The notes beneath the pieces were generated by a model. It did no database searches, was not told where the DNA came from, and saw nothing but the letters and a program-made list of their open reading frames with translations. From contig JAGGUN010000022.1 in the NCBI GenBank assembly GCA_021158465.1, forward strand, positions 2,808 through 66,807: a stretch of DNA of 64,000 nucleotides. The letters are read 5' to 3'. Every line of letters begins with the position of its first letter. Positions within the stretch are counted from its first letter, which is position 1. The DNA comes from a bacterium (lineage in GTDB: Bacteria; UBP14; UBA6098; 4484-93). A program made the translations under genes and the position numbers. Below, piece by piece: positions 1 through 9,417 of the stretch.

Positions 1-317
1 ACGAGATAGCAGATGCTGCCGGTGTTATGATAACGCTCGATGAGAAGATGCTCCCGATAAGGGATGAGGTGCTCGGAGCGTGTGAGATATTCGGATTCGA
101 CCCGCTCTATCTGGCAAACGAGGGGAAGATAATCTTTATTGTCGAGAGAGAAGATAGAACGATATTCGAGGAGAGTTTATCCTCTTTACCCGAGGGGGAG
201 GGTTTTGCTATGATTGGTGAAGTGGGAGAGGGTAGGGGGGTGTATCTGAGAACCAGGCTTGGTGGTATGCGTCGCCTTCTAATGCTTGAGGGGATGCAGC
301 TGCCAAGGATATGTTAG
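1..317 (+). CDS. hypE: Hydrogenase maturation protein HypE, C-terminal part (5' end outside window)
   Basis: GACEIFGFDPLYLANEGK motif and the diagnostic C-terminal ...QLPRIC. Confidence 0.93.
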   Translation, partial: EIADAAGVMITLDEKMLPIRDEVLGACEIFGFDPLYLANEGKIIFIVEREDRTIFEESLSSLPEGEGFAMIGEVGEGRGVYLRTRLGGMRRLLMLEGMQLPRIC

Positions 318-328
318 GAGCGTGAATT

Positions 329-1297
329 ATGAAAGAGAAGCAGTTGGTCGGTCAGAGCATCTATCGGCGGTACCTTATTTCATTTATCTTAAGCTCCATC
401 TTGCCGATGCTTGCTGCAGTCTACCTGTTTTGGGGTTATGTGTTGCCGTATGCTCCGCTCGAGAGCTTTTCCGATGCATGGTTGAGGCTCTTCTTGGTAT
501 TTGTCGTTCTTGCAGCGGTGATTGGGCTGTACATCGGTGTTAGTATTGTGCGGTCGGTCATCAAGATTTCCAGAAGATCGGAGCTTTTCCGGAAACTCTC
601 TGAGGGGGAGACGCCGGAGGAATTGAGGAAGGAGATTATTGAGGAGGATGAGCTTGCCCGTCTCTCTGGTAATATGAACTTCGCCGTCGAGCTTATGAAA
701 GAGCAAGCAGAAAAGCTAAACAACCTTATCATCCAGTTGAACAGGCTCAACAAGGAGTTAAAGGCAGCGAACAAGCGGTTGGAGGAGATGACTATAATCG
801 ATGAGTTGACAGGGCTTTTCAACCGTAGGTATTTTAACAGGCGCCTCCTGTCTGAGCTGAAGCGAGCCGAACAGTATAACCACCCGCTTGCACTCTTTAT
901 GATAGACATAGACCATTTCAAGGTTTATAATGACATAAACGGGCATCTGTCGGGGGACAAGGTGCTGGAAGGTATTGCCGATATTCTGGAGCATGAATCG
1001 AGAGATATCGACATTGTGGCGCGTTTTGGTGGCGAGGAGTTCTGTATTATCCTGCCCGAGATAGAGGGAAAGGAAGCACAGGGTATCGCCGAGAGGATCC
1101 GGAAGGCAGTGGAGGATACCCGGTTCGAAAACGAGGAACTTCAGCCAAGTGGGAAGCTCACCGTGAGCATCGGTGTCGCCTCCTTCCCGCGAGATGCCAA
1201 GACCACTCAAGCCCTCATCGAGATGGCGGATAAGGCGATGTATCAGGCGAAGAAGATGAACCGCAACAAGGTGGTAGTCGCAGGGGAAATGGAATGA
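329..1297 (+). CDS. Membrane-bound diguanylate cyclase (2 TM, HAMP-like/coiled coil, GGDEF domain)
   Basis: DELTGLFNRR, DIDHFKVYND, ARFGGEEF active site; RxxD I-site (RDID) just upstream; two hydrophobic N-terminal segments. Confidence 0.93.
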   Translation: MKEKQLVGQSIYRRYLISFILSSILPMLAAVYLFWGYVLPYAPLESFSDAWLRLFLVFVVLAAVIGLYIGVSIVRSVIKISRRSELFRKLSEGETPEELRKEIIEEDELARLSGNMNFAVELMKEQAEKLNNLIIQLNRLNKELKAANKRLEEMTIIDELTGLFNRRYFNRRLLSELKRAEQYNHPLALFMIDIDHFKVYNDINGHLSGDKVLEGIADILEHESRDIDIVARFGGEEFCIILPEIEGKEAQGIAERIRKAVEDTRFENEELQPSGKLTVSIGVASFPRDAKTTQALIEMADKAMYQAKKMNRNKVVVAGEME

Positions 1298-3174
1298 GCC
1301 TCGTTATCCTTGACGGTGTTACAAAATATGTCGGGGATGAGCCGCTTCTCGATAATGTATCTTTGACCATCGGTGAAAGGGCTCGACTTGGACTTGTTGG
1401 TGCCAACGGCTCGGGGAAAACGACACTGTTTGATATCATCGCAGGTGAAACTGCTCCCGATAGGGGGAAACGGTTTATCCGCAGGGGGACAAAAATATCC
1501 TACCTACATCAGGAGGAGGAAATAGGTGGTAGAGAACCTCTTCTTGAAACGCTCTTGAACTCATTGGGGGAGCTATCTTTTGTGAGGAAGAAGATTCGGC
1601 GTATCGAGAGTGGACTTGCCACAGAGGAGGATGTATCGCTCGCCATCGAGCGCTTTCAAGCACTGGATGGGTTCAGGATTGAGTCGGAGGCGAAGGAGAT
1701 ATTGGCGGGGCTTGGATTCTCCGATGAGCTTCAGAAGATGCCGGTTAATCTCCTCTCCGGTGGTCAGAGAAATCGAGCTGCTATAGCAAAAGCAATTCTC
1801 ATGAAGCCTGACCTTTTGCTTATGGATGAGCCGACGAACTACCTTGATATTGCCGGAATCGACTGGCTGGCGGACCTGCTGGAAGAGATGTGTATCCCGT
1901 ACATCGTTGTCTCGCACGATAGATATTTCCTTGACAGGATTGCTAAAGGTATCCTTAACCTTGAGGGGGGTAAGCTATCGCTGTATGGAGGGAACTACTC
2001 TGCGTTTGAGAAAGCACGAAAGAGAGAACTTGAAGCCAGGAGGAAATCCTACAAACTTCAGCAGGTGTTCATCCGCAGGCAGGAGGAATTTATAAGGAGG
2101 AACCTCGGCACCCAGACCACGAAACAGGCGGAATACAGAAGACGCTTCCTGAAAAATATGGAACGGATCCCTCCGCCACCAGATGAGAAATTCTTCAAAT
2201 TTATCTTTCCAGATTCTCCGCGTGGCGGAGACGATGTCATCGTTGCAAAGGAGCTGACGAAGAGCTATGGTAGAAAGAGGGTATTCGAGCATTTCTCCAC
2301 CATCGTAAAGCGTGGGAAGCGGTATGCCGTTGTTGGTCCCAACGGTGCGGGCAAGACGACATTATTCAAACTGATCATAGGCGAGGAGAAGCCGACAAGG
2401 GGAGCGATCAGACTCGGTACGGGGGTAACTGTTGGTTACTTCGCTCAGGAGCCACAATTTGCTGTGACGGAGGAAACACCGTTCGATATGGTAAGAAACC
2501 TGCGTCCGTCCTTGACAGATAGCGAGATTCGAACATTCCTTGGTGCGTTTGGCTTCCGTGGGGAATCCGTCTTCCGGAAGGTAGGCTCGTTCTCCGGCGG
2601 AGAGAAGAGCAGGCTCGCTCTCATTCGACTCCTTCTTTTGAAGCATAACCTCCTGCTACTGGATGAGCCGACAAGCCATCTCGACATTACCTCCCGTATC
2701 TCCCTCGAGAGGGCGTTGAGAAACTACGACGGAACCATCCTCTTCATATCACACGATAGATACTTCTTGAGAAGCCTCGCGGAGGGTGTCTTTGAGATAG
2801 AAAACGGTAAGATAACATTTTTTGATGGCGATTTTGACCTCTATCTCTTGAGAAAACAGGGGAAAACCTCTGATTTTCAGCCAAGGAGAAAAGAAGCTGC
2901 AAAGCCAAAAGCTAAACCGTTGAAGAGGCGTTTTGGGAAGTTTACAGAGAAAAGATTGCATCAAGAGCTGCAAGAGCTTGAGGAAAGTATTGGGATGCTT
3001 GAGGAGGAGTTGTCGAAGATTGATACCCTTCTTTCCCATGGCTTCGTTGCTAGGAGTAAGGAAAGGAAGCTGCTTCTTTTGCGGGAGAAAGAGGAAAAGT
3101 CTAAACTCCTCGAAGAAAAGATGCGACGCTGGGAGGAGATTTATTCTTTCTTTGAATCCGTTAAGAGGGAGTAG
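1294..3174 (+). CDS. ABC-F family ATPase (ribosome-associated, two ABC domains, C-terminal coiled coil)
   Basis: Two Walker A motifs (GANGSGKT, GPNGAGKT), LSGGQ/FSGGE signatures, two DEPT and SHDRYFL motifs, no TM segments. Confidence 0.93.
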   Translation: MSLVILDGVTKYVGDEPLLDNVSLTIGERARLGLVGANGSGKTTLFDIIAGETAPDRGKRFIRRGTKISYLHQEEEIGGREPLLETLLNSLGELSFVRKKIRRIESGLATEEDVSLAIERFQALDGFRIESEAKEILAGLGFSDELQKMPVNLLSGGQRNRAAIAKAILMKPDLLLMDEPTNYLDIAGIDWLADLLEEMCIPYIVVSHDRYFLDRIAKGILNLEGGKLSLYGGNYSAFEKARKRELEARRKSYKLQQVFIRRQEEFIRRNLGTQTTKQAEYRRRFLKNMERIPPPPDEKFFKFIFPDSPRGGDDVIVAKELTKSYGRKRVFEHFSTIVKRGKRYAVVGPNGAGKTTLFKLIIGEEKPTRGAIRLGTGVTVGYFAQEPQFAVTEETPFDMVRNLRPSLTDSEIRTFLGAFGFRGESVFRKVGSFSGGEKSRLALIRLLLLKHNLLLLDEPTSHLDITSRISLERALRNYDGTILFISHDRYFLRSLAEGVFEIENGKITFFDGDFDLYLLRKQGKTSDFQPRRKEAAKPKAKPLKRRFGKFTEKRLHQELQELEESIGMLEEELSKIDTLLSHGFVARSKERKLLLLREKEEKSKLLEEKMRRWEEIYSFFESVKRE

Positions 3175-4004
3175 AAACCTTTCCGGTGGTCGAAATCAAG
3201 CTTCTTTATATCCTCCGATGTAAATATTCCGTCCTCTAAGATGAGCCCCGTTAAAAGCGAGATTTCCACGGCTTCAAGGTATGGGTTTTCAACCGTTACA
3301 CTCCGAGGAGGTGAGCCCCAAAGCTCAGAGGGAGAGCCAGATTTCAGGCAGGACGGCAGATTGTGAATATATTTCCTCTTTGTTCCGATTGCATAGAACG
3401 GCTTATTGTAGTGTTTCGCTGCCAAAGCAAGTAGTTTTGTCCCTGTTTTGTTTACGAACTTCCCGCTCGTGAAGCAGTCGACCCCGACGAGGAAAGCGTC
3501 TATCCTGTCGATGAATCTCCCGATGGCGTAATCGGTTGTAAAATGGACACTTACCCCGCTTTCGGCAAGGGAGATTGCGGTGAGTCTTCCCTCCAGTGCA
3601 GGTCGAGATTCCGGTATCCAGACGGATAGATCCAGCCCAGAGAGCGCCTTGATGACAAGATTGCTTTCGCTTATGGTCCCAACGGAGTTAAACCAGGAGA
3701 AGATTCCAGCCGCGTTTCTACAGCTTTTTTCCATCTCTTCACGAACGGAAGCTGATACCCCCTGTAAGATCTCCATTATGGGTAGCTTCCCCAAGGATGA
3801 ATAGATCTCTCCTAATGTGTTTATAATAACCGCCATTCCAGGGAAAGCAGATATGGTTCTTTGAGAGAGTGTAAGGAAGTTTCTCTTATTCTCGTAGAAC
3901 GAGCTGTTCTGTGCAATGTGTTCCAGCAACGCCTCGAGCAATCCGAGCGAGCCGGTGGTCCTGTTGGAGAGGATAGATAAGAGAGAGTTCTCGCGGTCCG
4001 TCAT
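3141..4004 (-). CDS. eIF-2B alpha/beta/delta (sugar-phosphate isomerase-like) family protein
   Basis: ESRPALEG, LVGVD, NKTGT..LALAA..Y.KPFY and NPYLE motifs of the IF-2B family; ATGA overlap with the upstream TonB receptor. Confidence 0.8.
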   Translation of the reverse strand: MTDRENSLLSILSNRTTGSLGLLEALLEHIAQNSSFYENKRNFLTLSQRTISAFPGMAVIINTLGEIYSSLGKLPIMEILQGVSASVREEMEKSCRNAAGIFSWFNSVGTISESNLVIKALSGLDLSVWIPESRPALEGRLTAISLAESGVSVHFTTDYAIGRFIDRIDAFLVGVDCFTSGKFVNKTGTKLLALAAKHYNKPFYAIGTKRKYIHNLPSCLKSGSPSELWGSPPRSVTVENPYLEAVEISLLTGLILEDGIFTSEDIKKLDFDHRKGFYSLLTDSKKE

Positions 4005-6148
4005 AGAATGTCATAGACAAGGCTTATAGTGAAGCTCCTCGGTGGGCGCATATTTCTCTCAATTTCACAGTAGTAGTACTGGAGCATGTTGGCAATCTTC
4101 CCGCTTAGTGTAAGCCTTTTGAACCTGTAGTTTGCTCTCGCGTCAAGAATCTTTGCTGGGACACGCCTGTCCTCTGTGTAATATTCCACCTTTTTGTATC
4201 GACTGGAATACCGATAGTCAATGCCTATGGTGTTATTACGGTAGTAGTTGAAGTCAAGAGAAAGTGTCAGCTGATGTTCGGGGCGGTAGGAGAGCCAGAC
4301 GACACTGTCGGGGTTGGTGTAGTCCTTGGCATCGGTGTAAACATAGTTGACATTTCCAGTGAACCGCCAGATATTGGTCCTCACACCAAGCTCTGCTCCC
4401 ATAATTCTGGCAGTGGAAAGGTTTACGAAGCGGAAGATATACATAGAATCTGGCTTCGGCTCAATCATATCCTTATAGTAGTTTGCGAAGAAAGCAGCGT
4501 CTATCGAGTGCTTCTTACCGTAGCTGTAATTGAGTCCAACCTCGGTGGAGATTGACTTCTCGGGACCGAGCGATGGGTTCGGTTCGACCCTCAGCCCGGA
4601 CTGGTACATATCGGTGAACATCTCTGCCATTGATGGAATTCTGAACCCTGTTCCCCCCGATGCCCTGGCTGCAATGTTTTCGGTTATGTGATACACAACC
4701 CCTGCCTTTGGGCTTATCTGCCAGTCACTGCCACTCTCATCTACATAGAAGTAATCAAACCTGGCACCAACATTGGTAACAAGCTTCTCGGAAAGCTTGA
4801 ATTCATCCTGTGCATAAAACGATGTCGACCAGCCAAAATGCTTACCGAAGGTCTGAGATTTGATGTCCGAATAGAAGTTATCGGTTCCGATACTCAAGGT
4901 GTGGTTACTGTGTGGCTTGTAGTTAAACTGTAATTCCAGTCCCATCCTGTTCGAGCGACTCCACATATTTCCATCAGCAAGCTCTGAATACCAATTGCCA
5001 TACATATTGTAAAGTTTGGCTGACCAGAAGTAGTTCTCATTAAGATGCCTGCTATTTAACCTTAACGAGGTTATGCCTTTCGTAGAGTTTGTCCTGTTGT
5101 TGATTTCCGATGGCTTTACCTCATACGGGTGTTCAGCCGACTCCCACATCGTGAATATCCCCCAATCCTCATAACTCCAGGATGTGAGAAAGTCGAGATT
5201 ATTCTCATCAGATAACCGATAATTGGCAGAGAGGAAGATCTTTTCCAGTTCATCGTCGCCTGGTATTCTGTACCCCTCATTGTACAGTCCAGAGATGGTT
5301 GCTCTGCCGCTGAGTTTGTCGTAATTAAAACCGTAGTTTAGGCTTACATCCCCGTATTTCTGGTAGTCGTCTGTCCACTGCCATTCCTTGTACAGTGGCT
5401 TGTCGTAAAATCCGCCAGAGAGCTTTAACCTGAGCTCCTGCTTCTTTCTTGTTCTCTTTGTTATGATGTTTACCACGCCACCTATCGCGTTCGAGCCGTA
5501 TAGGGCAGAGCTGGAGCCCTTCAGGATCTCGATGTGGTCTATGTCGTTTAGCGGAATGATGTCCCACTTTATCTCACCTGTATCGCCGGGAATCATAGGA
5601 ACCCCGTCTATCATAAAAAGCACCCTCGTACCGACGCCCCTCGTGTAGCCTGACGAGTTTCTAATACTCAGCTGGCCCTCGGTTATATTCACGCCGCCAG
5701 TGGTTCTCAAAACATCGCGCAGGTCGGTAACATTTTTCTTTAGAATATCGTCTCCAGGTATATATGTTACTGTCGTGGGTGAGTCCTGAATGTTCTGCTC
5801 GAACTTGCTCGCCGTCACCACAATAGGCTTTGCCCTGATTGCCTGCTCGGATAAGCGGAAATTGTATATGAGAGTGTCGTTATCCCCGAGTGCGATGGAT
5901 CTCTCCTCACTCTTATACCCAACAATGGATATCCTCAGCCTATACGAGCCAGCGGGAACACCGAAGATATAGTAATTCCCCTCGAGGTCACAGGAAGAGC
6001 CATAAGTAGTTCCATCAAGAATAACATTGGCGCCCATAAGCGGCTCGCCGGTCTCCTTATCGGTTACCTTCCCCTTTATCACACCAGAGTATGCTCCTGA
6101 TGTAAGCCACAGGATGAAAATTAGGGCAACTACTGAAGCTCTTCTCAT
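4001..6148 (-). CDS. TonB-dependent receptor with N-terminal carboxypeptidase-regulatory-like domain
   Basis: Signal peptide, IKGKVTDKETGEPLMGANV, plug motif IEILKGSSSALYGSNAIGGVVNIITK, NPSLGPEKS, barrel-type C-terminus. Confidence 0.93.
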   Translation of the reverse strand: MRRASVVALIFILWLTSGAYSGVIKGKVTDKETGEPLMGANVILDGTTYGSSCDLEGNYYIFGVPAGSYRLRISIVGYKSEERSIALGDNDTLIYNFRLSEQAIRAKPIVVTASKFEQNIQDSPTTVTYIPGDDILKKNVTDLRDVLRTTGGVNITEGQLSIRNSSGYTRGVGTRVLFMIDGVPMIPGDTGEIKWDIIPLNDIDHIEILKGSSSALYGSNAIGGVVNIITKRTRKKQELRLKLSGGFYDKPLYKEWQWTDDYQKYGDVSLNYGFNYDKLSGRATISGLYNEGYRIPGDDELEKIFLSANYRLSDENNLDFLTSWSYEDWGIFTMWESAEHPYEVKPSEINNRTNSTKGITSLRLNSRHLNENYFWSAKLYNMYGNWYSELADGNMWSRSNRMGLELQFNYKPHSNHTLSIGTDNFYSDIKSQTFGKHFGWSTSFYAQDEFKLSEKLVTNVGARFDYFYVDESGSDWQISPKAGVVYHITENIAARASGGTGFRIPSMAEMFTDMYQSGLRVEPNPSLGPEKSISTEVGLNYSYGKKHSIDAAFFANYYKDMIEPKPDSMYIFRFVNLSTARIMGAELGVRTNIWRFTGNVNYVYTDAKDYTNPDSVVWLSYRPEHQLTLSLDFNYYRNNTIGIDYRYSSRYKKVEYYTEDRRVPAKILDARANYRFKRLTLSGKIANMLQYYYCEIERNMRPPRSFTISLVYDIL

Positions 6149-6160
6149 CTTCCTCCTTTA

Positions 6161-6192
6161 CAAAATTGCCCCTCCAAAAATATAAGGGGCAA
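6161..6192 (-). terminator. Terminator/attenuator-like hairpin between the lipoprotein and TonB receptor genes
   Basis: Minus strand TTGCCCCT-N11-AGGGGCAA followed by TTTTG. Confidence 0.5.
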
Positions 6193-6224
6193 CGGTTAAC
6201 CTCCTTGTACATCTTGTGTCACAG

Positions 6225-6773
6225 CTACTGAACGAGACCAGGTACCTGGAGAATAGGTGGATTGTCGAAATCGACGATAATATCCACACCTTTTGCTGGT
6301 CTTCCTGCCGGAACATAGACAGGTAAAGGCTCGTTCGGATCCTCCGATGAGGCGTAAATTCCTTTCACCATATTGGGACCATACCATTCTCCTTCACAGA
6401 GAAGCCCGAACCCAACTATCGCAAACTCCTCATCCTCATCGTAATTGGAAAGCCGCAGAAAATACTCGCAGGAATCGGCAAAAAAGATGCCCGAATCAAG
6501 CTCTGTGTAGTAGTTGAGGATAATAAGCAGATTGGTTAGGGGGTACTCCGGGCTCGCAGCAACAAAAGCCTGTCTGGGGTTCTCTGGCCACTCCCCCCGA
6601 AAATATATCTTCCCCTGTATACCAGGGATAGTATCGCCTGGCTCGTATATGGTGGTATCAGGATTGCTCCTCCCAACCGACCTCACAGGACCTAAACCGT
6701 GGTCGATTTCGCAGGAGACAAAGAACAAGGCGCACAGAACCAAAAATATAGTCAGCCACCATAGGTTGCGCAT
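6225..6773 (-). CDS. Hypothetical lipoprotein
   Basis: MRNLWWLTIFLVLCALFFVS-C lipobox-like signal; start taken at ATG 6773 (ORF is open to 6782). Confidence 0.7.
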   Translation of the reverse strand: MRNLWWLTIFLVLCALFFVSCEIDHGLGPVRSVGRSNPDTTIYEPGDTIPGIQGKIYFRGEWPENPRQAFVAASPEYPLTNLLIILNYYTELDSGIFFADSCEYFLRLSNYDEDEEFAIVGFGLLCEGEWYGPNMVKGIYASSEDPNEPLPVYVPAGRPAKGVDIIVDFDNPPILQVPGLVQ

Positions 6774-6800
6774 AATAACCACCCCCTGTTATTGGCAACA

Positions 6801-6829
6801 AATATAACCATTTTAATCAGAATTGTCAA
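6801..6829 (-). promoter_or_regulatory. sigma70-type promoter for the lipoprotein-TonB receptor unit
   Basis: TTGACA-N17-TATATT on the minus strand. Confidence 0.65.
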
Positions 6830-6842
6830 GGATAAAATGGTG

Positions 6843-7628
6843 TTAGATAAGTTTTCCGAGGTAAACTGGTGTGACCATGCCTTCAAGGAAGTAGCGGTTA
6901 TCCTCATAGGTAATGAGGAGGTTCTCTGGCTTTCTGACAAGTATGATAGCGGGGAATTCTATCTTTCCAAGTTTTTGAGCTACAACCGCTGACGCAACTG
7001 CACCCGTGCCGCAAGCAAGGGTCTCATCCTCTATACCACGCTCATATGTCCTTATCGCGGCTGTGTGAGTATCTCTTATCTCCACGAAATCCACATTGAC
7101 CCCATCGGGTGCAAACTCCTTGTGGTTTCTGATGAGCCTGCCTACCCTCTTCACATCCACTGACCCGATATCTGCAACGAATACCACGGCATGGGGTACG
7201 CCCGTATTTATATAGAAGATGGTGAAACTTTCCTCCTCTATTGCAAGCTGAATGCCTGGACGGTAGTCCTTAGGCTCTGGCATCTCGACGCAAACCTTCT
7301 TTCCCTTTACTGTGGCAGATATGACGCCGGCGTCTGTCTCGACTGTAAGGCTGTTCGGAAAGCCACACTGGACAGCGAAGTAGGCAACTGCTCTCGCACC
7401 GTTTCCACACATAGGAGCCCTCGAACCGTCAGGATTGTAATAGAGCATACGGATGGTTGCGGTGTCTGCATTCTCGAGGAGGATGAGCCCATCAGCACCG
7501 ACTGAAAGCCGCCTCTTGCAGATTTTCCTTGCAGACTCTGATGGGTTGGAAACGATATTCCCCCGGTTATCGATGAGGATGAAATCGTTGCCGCTGGCAG
7601 AAAGCTTCATAAACTCAATTCCTTGCAT
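6843..7628 (-). CDS. dapF: Diaminopimelate epimerase
   Basis: SGNDF, GADG, MCGNGAR, TGVPH, NVDF, RTYERG and TLACGTG motifs; ATG at 7628. Confidence 0.95.
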   Translation of the reverse strand: MQGIEFMKLSASGNDFILIDNRGNIVSNPSESARKICKRRLSVGADGLILLENADTATIRMLYYNPDGSRAPMCGNGARAVAYFAVQCGFPNSLTVETDAGVISATVKGKKVCVEMPEPKDYRPGIQLAIEEESFTIFYINTGVPHAVVFVADIGSVDVKRVGRLIRNHKEFAPDGVNVDFVEIRDTHTAAIRTYERGIEDETLACGTGAVASAVVAQKLGKIEFPAIILVRKPENLLITYEDNRYFLEGMVTPVYLGKLI

Positions 7629-8115
7629 CGCATTCCCTCTTAAGTTCCACAAGTGAGACGGTTATGCTGTCGATATATCCGTCCTCTCCCACGGGGACGG
7701 TTCCTTCAGTCCGTTTCCCTTTGATAGTGACCCTTGCCAATTCGATTCCAAGAACAGATGAGATGTTTTCCCGCATTGCCGGGATATGCTCTCTGAGGAC
7801 AGGTTTATCGGTTATGACAACAGAGTCCAGATTTACAACATTCGCACCGCAGGAGAGAAGCATATCTTTTACCCTCTCAAGCAAAACGAGACTTCTTACC
7901 CCTTGGAGCAACTCATCGGTGTCAGGGAAGAGGGTTCCTATGTCGCCCAGATTTGCTGCTCCCAGAAGTGAATCTATTACCGAGTGGACGAGGCAGTCTC
8001 CGTCAGAATGCCCAAGAAGTCCATATCTGAACGGGATTTCTACCCCGCCCAAGATGAGCGGTTTTCCAGAAACGAAGCAGTGTCTGTCGAAGCCGATGCC
8101 AACTCTCAAATTCAT
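7615..8115 (-). CDS. ispF: 2-C-methyl-D-erythritol 2,4-cyclodiphosphate synthase
   Basis: RVGIGFDRH, LILGGV, GHSDGD, GDIGTLFPDTD. Confidence 0.95.
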   Translation of the reverse strand: MNLRVGIGFDRHCFVSGKPLILGGVEIPFRYGLLGHSDGDCLVHSVIDSLLGAANLGDIGTLFPDTDELLQGVRSLVLLERVKDMLLSCGANVVNLDSVVITDKPVLREHIPAMRENISSVLGIELARVTIKGKRTEGTVPVGEDGYIDSITVSLVELKRECDARN

Positions 8116-8123
8116 AGAGAAGT

Positions 8124-8152
8124 AATATAAAGGACAGGCTTGTAGTAGTCAA
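8124..8152 (-). promoter_or_regulatory. sigma70-type promoter for ispF-dapF (nearly leaderless)
   Basis: TTGACT-N17-TATATT ending 8 nt before the ispF ATG; no SD. Confidence 0.6.
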
Positions 8153-8187
8153 CAAAAAACCCCGCTGCCTCCAACGGCAACGGGGTC
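8152..8187 (-). terminator. Intrinsic terminator downstream of the helical-repeat protein gene
   Basis: Minus strand ACCCCGTTGCC-gttgga-GGCAGCGGGGT followed by a T-run. Confidence 0.8.
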
Positions 8188-8215
8188 TTGCGGTTTGCAA
8201 GAGGAAGAGATAAAC

Positions 8216-9271
8216 TTATCTGCCGCTACCCTCTACAATGCGCAGAGCCCGTGCTGCAAGCCTTCTGGCAACAAGCGCCTCAGCAACAGCACCACGATAG
8301 TTCCCCTCCTCGAAGAAGGAGTTTGCATTCTCCAGATGGGTGTTTGCCTCATCGAGAAGAGCAATTGCAGACTCATCTCCACTCTCTTCTATAACAGTAG
8401 TTGCCTCCTCGATGAACCCTGTCACCTCCTCGATAACACGGGCAGCCTCCTCCTCGGTTACCTCATGTGGACCAGAGTGGATAATCCTCAGGGCACGTCT
8501 TACCATCTCTCTGGCACGCATCGTGAGACCCATCGCTGCGCGGTAGTTCCCCTCATCGTAAGCCGAATGTGCGTTTTCCTGCATCTCTGTTGCACGCTCG
8601 AGAAGCGAGATCGCTTCCTCGTTGCCGCTTTCTGTTATCTCCTCGGTGGAACTCTCTATTATTTCATCGGTTCTCTCAAGAGCAGCAAGGACTCTATCAG
8701 GGTCAGGTTCTGCGGGATCCTCAACGAGTCTCAGAGCGCGGATGACAAGCTTACGAGCTCGTCTGGTAAGGGCAAATGCACGCTCGAACTGCTCATCCTC
8801 CAGCGCTTCCCTGGCATCTTCCTGAATCTCGACTGCTCGCTCGAGCATAGCCTGTGCATCCTCATTGTCGGACTCCGTTATCACAGGCTCAGCCCTCTCG
8901 ATGAGCCTGTCCGTTTCCCGAACAGCGCGAGCCGCCATCTCAGGTGTTACCCTGCCGTGATGATCGCCATCAAGAAACGCAACCACCCTGCGAACCATGT
9001 TGCGAGCCTGCATCGTCAGACGAAGAGCCGTCCTGCAATTGCCATCCTCGAGCATTTCCGCCGCTCGACCCTGCATATCGTTCGCACGCTCGAATATCTC
9101 GTGAACCATCCGCACATCTGACTCCTCAACACGAGGGGCAACTTCATCGATAAGCCCCTGCGTTACCTCGAGCTGTTCCTCTGCCTCACGACAGACATCA
9201 GGCGGGTCAGCAGAGGCAAATCCAACAAACAGGAAAGCGAACAGAACCGACAAAAGAACCAACCGCTTCAT
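8216..9271 (-). CDS. Secreted acidic all-helical protein with four ~80-aa repeats
   Basis: Signal peptide MKRLVLLSVLFAFLFVGFASA; repeats of type ..ESxNExAxxLLERAxEMQExA...EGNYRxAxxLTMRAR..VRRALR; AGGAGGT SD before ATG 9271. Confidence 0.8.
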   Translation of the reverse strand: MKRLVLLSVLFAFLFVGFASADPPDVCREAEEQLEVTQGLIDEVAPRVEESDVRMVHEIFERANDMQGRAAEMLEDGNCRTALRLTMQARNMVRRVVAFLDGDHHGRVTPEMAARAVRETDRLIERAEPVITESDNEDAQAMLERAVEIQEDAREALEDEQFERAFALTRRARKLVIRALRLVEDPAEPDPDRVLAALERTDEIIESSTEEITESGNEEAISLLERATEMQENAHSAYDEGNYRAAMGLTMRAREMVRRALRIIHSGPHEVTEEEAARVIEEVTGFIEEATTVIEESGDESAIALLDEANTHLENANSFFEEGNYRGAVAEALVARRLAARALRIVEGSGR

Positions 9272-9314
9272 CTTGCACCTCCTTTTTAAGTTTTCAACCG
9301 TCCACAGAACAAGG

Positions 9315-9331
9315 AACACAATCCGTGCCAA
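9315..9331 (-). promoter_or_regulatory. Probable sigma54 (-24/-12) promoter
   Basis: TTGGCACGGATTGTGTT: perfect -24 element TGGCACG; -12 reads GT instead of GC. Confidence 0.5.
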
Positions 9332-9417
9332 AGTATGGAATAGAGGTTTTTCTCTCTGATATTAAAGGAGTTACAAGGTTTAATTGTAACTTCCTATGGA
9401 TATTATTTGAAGGAGAT

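Noticed and set aside
6149-6224. Cobalamin/TPP riboswitch before the TonB receptor
   Set aside because: The gap is only about 75 nt and has no recognisable aptamer motifs.
8195-9121. 308-aa plus-strand ORF
   Set aside because: Antisense shadow of the repeat protein, which has the SD, signal peptide and terminator; the translation has no recognisable features.
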